Of a stretch of DNA of 64,000 bases, positions 29,729 to 38,907 are shown piece by piece. Source of the DNA: an uncultured Aquimarina sp. (GTDB lineage Bacteria > Bacteroidota > Bacteroidia > Flavobacteriales > Flavobacteriaceae); contig NZ_CANLMP010000008.1 of NCBI RefSeq assembly GCF_947492405.1, positions 225,435-289,434 of the forward strand, read 5' to 3'. Below the pieces are notes generated by a model that had not been told where the DNA came from, ran no database searches, and saw only the letters and a list, made by a program, of their open reading frames with translations. Every line of letters begins with the position of its first letter. The first letter of the stretch is position 1. A program made the position numbers and the translations under genes.

Positions 29729-30070
29729 ATGAAAGAGTTTCTTAAATATACGATCGTCTTTATCACAATTGTCACAGGGGTTTTAGTATCGAGTTTCTTT
29801 CTTCAAAAAGGAACACTAAAAAATGATAATGTATATATACTAAAGATTAGTGAACGTGCAGAAAAAGAATGGTATTACGAAGTGTATTTGGATTCTAAGT
29901 TAATTATAAAACAAGAAACCATTCCTGGAATTCCAGGGGTGCAACGCTTTAAATCTAAAGAAGAGGCAAGAAGAATTGGTTTGTTAGTAATTACTAAACT
30001 AAAATCTGGTAACCTGCCAATGATATCATTAAATGAATTAAAGAAGTATGATATCACTTTCAAAAAATAA
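29729..30070 (+). CDS. DUF4907-like protein
   Basis: TM anchor then WYYEVY..IIKQETIPGIPG..F.SKEEA..IG.LV..KL. Confidence 0.7.
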   Translation: MKEFLKYTIVFITIVTGVLVSSFFLQKGTLKNDNVYILKISERAEKEWYYEVYLDSKLIIKQETIPGIPGVQRFKSKEEARRIGLLVITKLKSGNLPMISLNELKKYDITFKK

Positions 30071-31130
30071 CTATCTTGATCCATATAAAAAAGTAGTTGC
30101 TTTGAAAAAAAGCTTTAAAATTAAAGAGATCTGGATTCACGTAATTATCTGGTTGTGTTTTTTTACATTACCTATAATAATCGCAATTCCAGAATTAGAT
30201 CAAATACGATTAGATTTTTTTTATAGAGGATTTAGTAGCGCAATCTTATTTTATATTAACTACTTGCTATTAGTTCCCAGATTGCTTCTGAAGAAAAAAA
30301 TCCTTCTATACATCATACTTTCAATTAGTGTTTTGGTTTCTTTTAATTACCTTCTTAGAAATTTTTATCCAATCCCACCATTGGAGAATTTAGATAAATA
30401 TTTGGAATTAGAAAATGAATTCCATCCTATAAAAAAATTGAAATATATTGTTCCTGCGATTTTCTCTTTTGTCTTTTTTCTTTTAGGAGGCATCTTTAGT
30501 CTTATTGTTGATTTTTATAAAAGAGATCAAGTTTCTAAAGAAATAGAAGCAAAACGAACTGAAACGGAGCTTCGATTTCTAAAAACTCAATTAAACCCAC
30601 ACTTTTTATTCAATTCTTTAAACAGTGTTTATTCATTAGTACGTAACAAATCTAATGAAGCTCCGGAAGCAGTAATTACACTATCCGAGTTAATGAGATA
30701 TATGTTATATGAGGCTAATCAGGAAATAGTGTTTCTAAAAAAAGAGATTGATTATATAAAAAACTATGTATCTCTACAGCGACTTAGACTTGCTAATAGT
30801 GAACAAGTAAGACTACTTATAAAAGGAAACTATGAGGACAAAAAAATTTATCCTCTTCTATTGATTTCTTTTATTGAAAATGCTTTTAAATATGGTACGG
30901 ATTTTAAAGGAAATACTATTATAGACATTACGATTGAAGTCATTGAAAATAAACTGATAATGAGTATAAGTAATATCATCGGAACTTATAAGAAGAATGA
31001 AGATTCTTCGGGTATTGGTCTTAGCAATATAAAGAATCGTTTAGAACTTTTGTACAAAGATGCCTATACGCTTACTATAAAGGAGGATGAAGACTTTTAT
31101 AAAGTCGATTTAACATTAACACTTAAATAG
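30048..31130 (+). CDS. LytS/YehU-type sensor histidine kinase
   Basis: Three to four TM helices, LKTQLNPHFLFNSLN H-box, LSELMRYML, FIENAFKYG, GIGLSN. Confidence 0.93.
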   Translation: MISLSKNNYLDPYKKVVALKKSFKIKEIWIHVIIWLCFFTLPIIIAIPELDQIRLDFFYRGFSSAILFYINYLLLVPRLLLKKKILLYIILSISVLVSFNYLLRNFYPIPPLENLDKYLELENEFHPIKKLKYIVPAIFSFVFFLLGGIFSLIVDFYKRDQVSKEIEAKRTETELRFLKTQLNPHFLFNSLNSVYSLVRNKSNEAPEAVITLSELMRYMLYEANQEIVFLKKEIDYIKNYVSLQRLRLANSEQVRLLIKGNYEDKKIYPLLLISFIENAFKYGTDFKGNTIIDITIEVIENKLIMSISNIIGTYKKNEDSSGIGLSNIKNRLELLYKDAYTLTIKEDEDFYKVDLTLTLK

Positions 31131-31131
31131 A

Positions 31132-31860
31132 ATGAAGTGTATTATAATTGATGATGAGCCACTAGCGCTTAATATAATAAAATCCTATTGTGAGGATTTA
31201 GGTACTCTAGAAGTTGTTGGAACTTTTACAAATGCATTAGAGGCATTAGACATTATTAATAATACGAATGTTGATCTTGTTTTTTCTGATATCGAAATGC
31301 CTCAAATCAATGGGATCGATTTTATGAAAGCTATAGATCACAAACCGCTTTTTATTTTTACTACTGCCTATTCCCAATATGCTATAGAAGGATTTGAGTT
31401 AAATGCTGTAGATTATTTGGTAAAACCTATACCTTTTCCAAGGTTTATAAAAGCAGTAAATAGAGCTAAGGAAATTTTTGAATTAAAAAAAGACAATTTA
31501 AAAACACCAAATACAGTAAAGAAACCCACAGAATCGATTACTACTCCTGATCAATTTATTTTTGTGAAATCAGAATATGAAAACATAAAAATAGAATTGG
31601 AGCTTATAAAATATATCGAAGGTCTTAAAGATTATTTGAAAATTCACATCACTTCCGGAAAACCTATATTAACATTGATGAGTTTTAAAGACATTGAGAC
31701 TAAATTACCGTTGGATGTTTTTTTGAGAGTTCATAGATCATTTATCATTAATATAAACTACATCGATTCTGTTCAAAGAAATAGAATAATCATTGATACC
31801 GTAAGAGTTCCAATTGGAGAAAGTTATAAGAAAGCTTTTTTAAAACGTTTAGGGATATGA
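31132..31860 (+). CDS. LytTR family response regulator
   Basis: IIIDDEP, VFSDIEMP, DYLVKP, YIEGLKDY, FLRVHRSFIIN. Confidence 0.94.
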   Translation: MKCIIIDDEPLALNIIKSYCEDLGTLEVVGTFTNALEALDIINNTNVDLVFSDIEMPQINGIDFMKAIDHKPLFIFTTAYSQYAIEGFELNAVDYLVKPIPFPRFIKAVNRAKEIFELKKDNLKTPNTVKKPTESITTPDQFIFVKSEYENIKIELELIKYIEGLKDYLKIHITSGKPILTLMSFKDIETKLPLDVFLRVHRSFIININYIDSVQRNRIIIDTVRVPIGESYKKAFLKRLGI

Positions 31861-32006
31861 TTTAGATAAAACATTTGTTAATGTAAATTCGTTATTTAAT
31901 TTTTGTGTAAAAAGGAAATATAAATAGTTAATAAAAATAATAATGAAGAAAAACCGAACAAACTCGCTCATAAATTAAAAGGAACTAAGCTTTTAATTCT
32001 TTTATT

Positions 32007-32357
32007 TTACGAATTATTATGTTTAATTTTTATTTTTTGCACCAGTTTACAAACATATTTTTTAAATTCCATATTCCGAACCCCATAACCATCAAGACCT
32101 ATTAACTCTACGTTCTTTGAGTCTCCTGATGTTAACTGAATATAGAACAAAGAATATCCATCTCGTTTAAACCAAACCTCATTTTCTTTACATAAAATTT
32201 CATATGTGCTGCACTCTTCGGAAAAAGGAGATTCTTTAATTAATGAATAGTTTTCATAATTAATACATTCATAGTGTCGTTCGATTTTCGCCCAGTATGA
32301 TTGATAATATATTACTATAATAGCGATAAGTATGATCAATAAAATAATTACTACCAT
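32007..32357 (-). CDS. Hypothetical membrane-anchored protein
   Basis: 116 aa with hydrophobic N-terminus. Confidence 0.5.
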   Translation of the reverse strand: MVVIILLIILIAIIVIYYQSYWAKIERHYECINYENYSLIKESPFSEECSTYEILCKENEVWFKRDGYSLFYIQLTSGDSKNVELIGLDGYGVRNMEFKKYVCKLVQKIKIKHNNS

Positions 32358-32381
32358 GATTATGTGAAGTTTATAGAATGC

Positions 32382-32951
32382 CTAGTAATTACCTATAGAT
32401 TGACTAACAGAAAAGAAGTTTAGATCCGTTGATTGAGGATTTAAAATTAACTCACTTTTTTCTATATCATTTTCGAACGTTACAATTTTTTCTAATGCTC
32501 CTAATGGGTTATATACTTTCCATGGACCTTGTCGTTTACCTTTTACAAAGGCACCTTCAATTTTTATCTTCCCATCAGAATAAAAAGCTTTCCAAGTACC
32601 ATGTTCCTCACCATCATTATAATTTTCTATAAAGCTTAAAGCTCCATTTTTATCATAAATTTTCCACTGCCCCTGAGTTTTATCATTTTTGAATGTTCCT
32701 TCTTTTTTTAATTTTCCATTGGTATAAAAGAGTTCCCAAGATCCGTTTAGCTTGTTTCCTGTTGTTTCTCTTATCTCTTTAACCGAACCGTCAGTATAGT
32801 ACAATGTATTCTGAATATTTTTCTGTTTACCAATATTAGAATAAGTGTTATTGGTCATTTTATTTGTTAGAGATGTCAATTCCTGAGCGTTAGTCTTAGT
32901 ATAGAAAAATAGATTTAAAAATGACAACAGTGTGAAGAGTATCTTTTTCAT
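32382..32951 (-). CDS. Exported MORN-variant repeat protein (YwqK-like)
   Basis: Signal peptide; repeats G.W..(F/Y)Y.NG.(L/I)..EG.F..G...G.W. Confidence 0.8.
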   Translation of the reverse strand: MKKILFTLLSFLNLFFYTKTNAQELTSLTNKMTNNTYSNIGKQKNIQNTLYYTDGSVKEIRETTGNKLNGSWELFYTNGKLKKEGTFKNDKTQGQWKIYDKNGALSFIENYNDGEEHGTWKAFYSDGKIKIEGAFVKGKRQGPWKVYNPLGALEKIVTFENDIEKSELILNPQSTDLNFFSVSQSIGNY

Positions 32952-33382
32952 AATAAAAGTGCTTTTGGTTTTATTCCTTACAAAGATTCACAATAAACCA
33001 GATTTTTATTACACCTCTTATAGTGAAAATACATTCACTGTTTTCAGGGAATGGAACTTTAACAACGTATGATTTACATCATTTATACTTATATTTTAAT
33101 AAGAGTACAATAAAACAGTAATTTCTTAGGGGGATTTAACCCATTATCTAAAAGTTATTTTCCTGCATAGAATCCGTGTTTTAGCTATGTTAACTTATGC
33201 ATCTAAAACATAATTTTATATCATCTTAATCAAACCTATAATTCCCTTTTTAATTGATTGAGAATATGTACCCCACTTATTAGTATAAGCACGCCCTATT
33301 TCTTTGGATTTTAAAATGTAAATCATCTTTTGATACAGAAAAAGTGATTTATAAAAACAGTTAATTCTATAATTAAAAGAGT

Positions 33383-33973
33383 ATGATATTCGAGGTACTA
33401 CAGATTATTACAGAAGAGGTTAACAATTTCTTCAATATAGAGATCGAAGAAAAACCAGTTTCATTGGATAACATCGCCTTTATAGAATCAGACACTAACG
33501 AGAATTCAAACACCAGTAATAATGTAGTACTATCATTATTACATACTGAGGAGGAGGCCACTTTAAAAAACATATTAAACCATCAAATAGAAGGAACTAA
33601 GGTTGTCTATAAAAATAATAAGGTGCATTTGAACCTATATGTAATGTTTTCCGCTAACAGAAGTGATTATACAGAATCACTAAAAAGTTTGTCAAAAATC
33701 ATTGAATTTTTCCAGTCAAAAAGAATTTTTACGCAAAGTAATACCAGTTTTGATAGAGAAGTAGATGGAATGGACAAGATTAAAGATTTCAGATTCACTG
33801 TAGAGCTTTTTAGTCCATCTTTTGAAGAGATGAATTTTATCTGGGGTACACTTGGCGGCAAACAATATCCCTCAGTGATATATAAAGCTAGCGTTCTCGA
33901 GATAGAAAGGGATGTTACACAATCAGAAGGAAGTTTAATTACTGAAATAAATGGAACTCTAAATCATAAATAA
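33383..33973 (+). CDS. eCIS cap protein (DUF4255, Afp16/Pvc16-like)
   Basis: LSLLHTEEE..LKN, LNLYVMFSAN, WGTLGGKQYPSVIYK; first gene of the locus. Confidence 0.85.
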   Translation: MIFEVLQIITEEVNNFFNIEIEEKPVSLDNIAFIESDTNENSNTSNNVVLSLLHTEEEATLKNILNHQIEGTKVVYKNNKVHLNLYVMFSANRSDYTESLKSLSKIIEFFQSKRIFTQSNTSFDREVDGMDKIKDFRFTVELFSPSFEEMNFIWGTLGGKQYPSVIYKASVLEIERDVTQSEGSLITEINGTLNHK

Positions 33974-33974
33974 A

Positions 33975-34985
33975 ATGGCATTTAGAACACTATATAAAAC
34001 CTTGTTTGAGATAGAGTTGCTGCACTCTTATTTTCTGGATGACGGATTATCCCCTTTTGTATCTATGAATGATGATGATAAAAAAGAGCAACTAAAAAAG
34101 TACAATTTTTTGGACTACATCAATATAATTCCTTCGTATGCAACTCAGGGAATTTTAAAAAATCATAAACTGGTTTTGAGAAAAGGGCTGAAAGGTTTCA
34201 GGATATTGGGTAGTGTGGTTGAAGAAAATGATAAATTTAAATTGCATAGGTTTTTAGAAAATGATCTAAAACTTACCTTTTTAGTCTATATAAAAGATTA
34301 CTTATTTGATAATTATACTGAGCTCACAAAAACAGATAATAGACTTTACTATTTCTCTAATATCAAACCAGCCACAGAAACAGATCCTTACTCCTATATT
34401 CCACTTAGTTCCTCAAGTGACTTAATTACCGATGATTTTTTGTTAACAGAAGAAAGCACTAGACAGTTATGGTTTGATTTGGAACAGGACAATATAAGGG
34501 CAGAAATAACGAAACGATTAGATCTGGTCGCAGAGCTCAAAAACGATGATCTAATTACAGACGAAGGAAAACAGATTTTAGATCAATCTATTCAAAAAGA
34601 ACATGGCAGAGGCCTATTAGGAATTATTGAGCTACGAATGATTGGTGACAATACTATGGATGTTATAGAGATTGATAGTACTGATCCTAATGATATCAAA
34701 AGTTTTTTATTAAACCCAACACCAGCATATAAACTTCATTTCGAAAACAGAAAAACCATTTGGAAGTACATCAAAAAATCTGATGAAAACGAATTAGAAA
34801 CTTCTTCGGTAAAACCTTTAACCAGGAATGGTTTTATAGAAATTGATCCAGATACTGATTTTTCGGGTCCATTGCCCACTGATATAGATAAATACATTTT
34901 TCCGAACCCTACGGCAAATATCATAAAACAGATAACTGACGAAAACACAAATATAACAACAACATATTCTGAAATTTTTATTTAA
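33975..34985 (+). CDS. Conserved eCIS protein, cap-adaptor candidate
   Basis: Sits between DUF4255 and sheath; LFEIELLHSYF and F.NRKTIWKY motifs. Confidence 0.55.
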   Translation: MAFRTLYKTLFEIELLHSYFLDDGLSPFVSMNDDDKKEQLKKYNFLDYINIIPSYATQGILKNHKLVLRKGLKGFRILGSVVEENDKFKLHRFLENDLKLTFLVYIKDYLFDNYTELTKTDNRLYYFSNIKPATETDPYSYIPLSSSSDLITDDFLLTEESTRQLWFDLEQDNIRAEITKRLDLVAELKNDDLITDEGKQILDQSIQKEHGRGLLGIIELRMIGDNTMDVIEIDSTDPNDIKSFLLNPTPAYKLHFENRKTIWKYIKKSDENELETSSVKPLTRNGFIEIDPDTDFSGPLPTDIDKYIFPNPTANIIKQITDENTNITTTYSEIFI

Positions 34986-35000
34986 AAAACAATTAAAATT

Positions 35001-36965
35001 ATGGCAACTACGTACAAAACACCAGGGGTCTATATCGAGGAGATTGTAAAATTTCCTCCTTCGGTAGCCCAAGTAGAAACAGCAATTCCGGCATTTGTTG
35101 GATACACGCAAAAAGCTAGGGAGAAAGAAGAAGATCTTACCGAGACACTCCATATGGATCCGAAAAGGATTACATCTATGTTAGAATACGAAGTACACTT
35201 TGGATTTCCACAGAAGGAGACCGCATTGGGTATTACTATCACGGAAGTTGATGGCGAAAAATCAATAAAAGTGACTGAACCGGCATCCGATGCAAAGTCA
35301 CCATTTTTAATGTACTATGCGATGCAAATGTATTTTGCAAATGGAGGCGGTCCTTGCTATATAGTTTCTGTAAATACATATGCAGATGCAATTACTAATA
35401 ATTCAGCAACTCCAGTTCAGTTTAATGATCTATCTGATGGTCTGGCCACATTAGAAAAAGAGGACGAACCAACATTATTATTATTTCCAGATGCAACTTC
35501 ATTAGCAAATGAAGCAGATTTTTATAACCTGTATAATAATGCATTATCACAGTGTAAAAAGATGCAAGATAGGTTTGCAATAATTGATACTTATACTGAT
35601 GACGAAGATGTAGAAATGAATGATCCAGAAGGAGTTAGATTTCTTATCAGTTCTGATATTGATGAAAAAAAATATGGAGCAGTATATTTCCCATACTTAA
35701 AAACGATTTTGGATTATCATTATGATGAAGATGTACTTCAGATTACACATAATTCTGATGTACCAGTTGGAGGTTCATTACAATCAGACAGTAATGATGC
35801 TGCAACGAGTATAGCAGCAGAGCAAGTAGCAATGACAGGTCTAGTAACAGATCTTACTACAGCAGATACTACTTTACAAGCAGGAACAGCACCGGACGCA
35901 TTGACTAATCTGACAACAATAACAGACGCTTTAGCGCCAATTATTACATCATTAGAGCAGGTAGTAAGTGACGCAAATACCGTAGTGAGTAGTGCAAATA
36001 CAGCAGCAGCAACTTCGAGTGAGGATGCCGTTTTATCCGCAGCAGCTACTGCAGCAGCAGATACTTTAGAAGTAGCGGTAGGATCAGGATCTGCGATAGC
36101 TAACTTAATAGACACTGTAAATGGACATGTAGTAAACCTTACTGGAGCCGCTAATGGTACCGCTGTTAAAGCAGAATCTACAGCTTCTATAGCCTCATTA
36201 TCGACAGTAGATGCAACCATACAATCAGTAGAAGATTTGATAGCATCTACCATATTGGCTATTACTGCAGCTATTGCGGTAGACACTGATAGTGGTAGTC
36301 TAGATGGCTTAATTCTAAGTGCAATAAAGGATAAAGACAGCGCTACTTACAATAATATTAAGACAGCTATTAATAATCTCCCTCTAGAATTACCACCATC
36401 ATCAGCTATGGCAGGGGTGTATGCTCGAGTAGATAATGATCGTGGAGTATGGAAAGCACCTGCAAATGTATCTGTTAAATATACTGTAAAACCAAGTCAG
36501 AAGATTACAAATGATATTCAGGATCGCCTTAATGTTGATACAGTAGCAGGTAAATCAATTAATGCTATCAGAACATTTACAGGAAAAGGAACATTAGTTT
36601 GGGGAGCACGAACACTGGCAGGAAACGATAAAGAATGGAGATATGTTCCAGTAAGAAGGTTTTTTAATATGGCAGAAGAGTCTATCAAAAAAGCTACAGA
36701 ACAGTTTGTTTTTGAACCAAATGATATGAATACATGGGTTCGAGTAAAAGCAATGATCAATAATTTCTTAACACTGCAATGGAGAGCAGGAGCATTAGCT
36801 GGACCAACACCAGATAAAGCATTTTACGTAAATGTTGGTTTAGGAGAGACAATGACTGCTAATGATATCCTGGATGGTAATATGATTATAGAAATAGGAA
36901 TGGCAGTAGTGAGACCTGCAGAATTTATCATTCTTAGATTCTCTCATAAAATGCAAGAAGCTTAG
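35001..36965 (+). CDS. Contractile tail sheath protein with Ala/Thr-rich insertion
   Basis: YKTPGVYIEE, TAIPAFVGYT, PPSSAMAGVYARVD..RGVWKAPAN, WGARTL, WRYVPVRR, FVFEPND. Confidence 0.95.
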   Translation: MATTYKTPGVYIEEIVKFPPSVAQVETAIPAFVGYTQKAREKEEDLTETLHMDPKRITSMLEYEVHFGFPQKETALGITITEVDGEKSIKVTEPASDAKSPFLMYYAMQMYFANGGGPCYIVSVNTYADAITNNSATPVQFNDLSDGLATLEKEDEPTLLLFPDATSLANEADFYNLYNNALSQCKKMQDRFAIIDTYTDDEDVEMNDPEGVRFLISSDIDEKKYGAVYFPYLKTILDYHYDEDVLQITHNSDVPVGGSLQSDSNDAATSIAAEQVAMTGLVTDLTTADTTLQAGTAPDALTNLTTITDALAPIITSLEQVVSDANTVVSSANTAAATSSEDAVLSAAATAAADTLEVAVGSGSAIANLIDTVNGHVVNLTGAANGTAVKAESTASIASLSTVDATIQSVEDLIASTILAITAAIAVDTDSGSLDGLILSAIKDKDSATYNNIKTAINNLPLELPPSSAMAGVYARVDNDRGVWKAPANVSVKYTVKPSQKITNDIQDRLNVDTVAGKSINAIRTFTGKGTLVWGARTLAGNDKEWRYVPVRRFFNMAEESIKKATEQFVFEPNDMNTWVRVKAMINNFLTLQWRAGALAGPTPDKAFYVNVGLGETMTANDILDGNMIIEIGMAVVRPAEFIILRFSHKMQEA

Positions 36966-37058
36966 AGTAGATTTTTAGTAGCTAGTAAATAAAATAACCA
37001 TAAAGTAAATCATTAATAATAACATTTCTCTTTTGCCAAACAAGTAACTTAAAAAAAA

Positions 37059-37102
37059 AGCTTCTCCCTTTTTTAGGGGAGATGCCTGAAAGGCAGAGGA
37101 GG
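37059..37102 (+). repeat. Twin-hairpin REP-like element, copy A
   Basis: TCTCCC..GGGAGA then TGCCT-GAA-AGGCA, flanked by AGCT and GAGG; upstream of the tube gene. Confidence 0.6.
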
Positions 37103-37118
37103 TTAAAACATAGAAATC

Positions 37119-37565
37119 ATGGCAGAATATCCATTACCAAAGTTCCATTTTAAGGTTACAATTGGCGGTGATACCGAATTAAATTGTACCGAAGTATCAG
37201 GTTTAGATTTTGAAACCGAAGTGATAGAATACAGAGGAGGAGCGGACAATGATTATTTTAAGAAAAAGCAACCTGGAATGACCAAGTTTGCGAATATTTC
37301 CATCAAGAGAGGGACTTTTGCTTCAACAAAAGGTCAGTTCTACGATATGTGGAAGAAAAATGTATTCTTTCAGGAAGGCGAAGAACAATTTAGAAGTGAT
37401 CTTACCATCAGTTTACTGGATGAGAAACATGAACCAATCGTTACTTGGGAAGCAGCAGATGCGTGGTTGCTAAAAATCCAGTCAACAGATCTGAAAGCCG
37501 ATGGAAACGAGATTGCAATAGAATCTGCAGAGTTTGTAATTAACAGTCTTAAACTTGCTTCGTAA
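37119..37565 (+). CDS. Tail tube protein (T4 gp19-like, Afp1)
   Basis: YPLPKFHF, EVSGL..ETEVIEYR.G, KQPGMTKFANISIKRG, DGNEIAIES. Confidence 0.93.
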   Translation: MAEYPLPKFHFKVTIGGDTELNCTEVSGLDFETEVIEYRGGADNDYFKKKQPGMTKFANISIKRGTFASTKGQFYDMWKKNVFFQEGEEQFRSDLTISLLDEKHEPIVTWEAADAWLLKIQSTDLKADGNEIAIESAEFVINSLKLAS

Positions 37566-38008
37566 TGGCTACCTATTATCCACCAGTAGGATTTCATTTT
37601 AGTGTAGAGTTTACCGGTTTATCTACTGGTGATAAAGATCATCAGTTTCAATCCGTCTCTGGACTAACCGTGGATATCGAAACTGAAGAAATTACAGAAG
37701 GTGGAGAAAATAGATTCAAGCATAAAATTCCAGTAAGGACAAAGTATCCCAATCTTGTTTTAAAGAGAGGTTTACTAGTTGATTCAGAAGTAGTGGATTG
37801 GTGTAAAAAAGCAGTAGAGAATTTTGATTTTGAGCCAATAGATCTTATTGTCAAGCTCCTTAACGAAAAACACGAACCACTACTATCTTGGAATATTGTG
37901 CACGCATATCCTATAAAATGGTCAATAGCAGATTTTAATGCAGAAGAAAGCAAAGTAGTTATAGAAACAATTGAGTTGGTATACAACTATTATAATACCA
38001 TAACATAA
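37565..38008 (+). CDS. Second tail tube protein (Afp5-like)
   Basis: YYPPVGFHF, EGGENRF, KYPNLVLKRG, HAYPIKWS; TAATG coupling to the first tube. Confidence 0.93.
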   Translation: MATYYPPVGFHFSVEFTGLSTGDKDHQFQSVSGLTVDIETEEITEGGENRFKHKIPVRTKYPNLVLKRGLLVDSEVVDWCKKAVENFDFEPIDLIVKLLNEKHEPLLSWNIVHAYPIKWSIADFNAEESKVVIETIELVYNYYNTIT

Positions 38009-38009
38009 C

Positions 38010-38177
38010 ATGGGCGCAATAGAGATCAAAGAACTTCATATCAAAATTAATGTTGATAATGAAAAAAGTAAATCCAGTGGTAATGCTTCTAAAAAACCTG
38101 AGGCTAATAAGGATGTGATCATTGCCGAATGTGTAGAACAAGTCATGGAAATCATTGCTAAACAAAAGGAACGATAG
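38010..38177 (+). CDS. Small Afp6-like/DUF5908-like protein (55 aa, missed by ORF track)
   Basis: Translated by hand: MGAIEIKELHIKINVDN...IIAECVEQVMEIIAKQKER*; fills the gap between tube 2 and the Afp7-like gene exactly. Confidence 0.8.
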   Translation: MGAIEIKELHIKINVDNEKSKSSGNASKKPEANKDVIIAECVEQVMEIIAKQKER

Positions 38178-38179
38178 TT

Positions 38180-38905
38180 ATGAGTACGGGAGAATTAACA
38201 AAATTAAAGATTAAAGCCTATAGCGATCCTCAGTTTAATAACGAGGTAGCCGATGGAGAATTCACCACTTTGGTAAATCCAGAGAAGTATACCTTTAATT
38301 ATAAGATCGAACAAAATGAAGATCAGGCATCAGGGACGAGTGATTTATCTCCTAGATTTAATAAAAAACTTCCAGAAGACCTCGAATTAGAATTCCTTTT
38401 TGATAGAACCGGTGTGATTATACATTATGGTAGTAATCCCGATGAAAGTTCGGATGATACAGTTTTTAAGGATAATGGAGAAGGTGTTATCGATGATATC
38501 GAAAAGTTTAAAAAAGTAATTCTTGATTATAATGGTGATGAGCACAAACCCAATTATGTAATGATCTATTGGGGAACCCTTTTGTTTAAAGGAAGTCTCA
38601 CCGAAATGAATGTAGAATTTAAGCTTTTTAAATCAGATGGCACTCCCATACGAGCAGTTGCAAAGGCAAAATTTCAGGGATTTGTAGAAGATGATCTACG
38701 GGTAGCGAAAGAGAATAATCAATCTCCCGATTTAACACATATCCGTTTGGTAAAAGAAGGAGATACATTACCGCTGATGTCGCATCGTATTTATGGAGAT
38801 TCAAAGTATTATCTGGAAGTAGCCAAAGTAAACGAGCTTTCTTCTTTTAGAAAACTAGAAGTAGGAAAAGAAATCTTTTTTCCACCTATAGAAAAAATAT
38901 CATAA
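38180..38905 (+). CDS. Tube initiator / LysM protein (Afp7-like)
   Basis: VNPEKY, FKSDGTPIRA, SPDLTH..VKEGDTLPLM..RIYGD..YY.EVA..N.L LysM. Confidence 0.9.
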   Translation: MSTGELTKLKIKAYSDPQFNNEVADGEFTTLVNPEKYTFNYKIEQNEDQASGTSDLSPRFNKKLPEDLELEFLFDRTGVIIHYGSNPDESSDDTVFKDNGEGVIDDIEKFKKVILDYNGDEHKPNYVMIYWGTLLFKGSLTEMNVEFKLFKSDGTPIRAVAKAKFQGFVEDDLRVAKENNQSPDLTHIRLVKEGDTLPLMSHRIYGDSKYYLEVAKVNELSSFRKLEVGKEIFFPPIEKIS

Positions 38906-38907
38906 TT

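Noticed and set aside
35738-36286. 182-aa antisense ORF in the sheath gene
   Set aside because: Lies opposite the GCA/ACA-rich insertion, which lacks antisense stop codons; no independent coding signal
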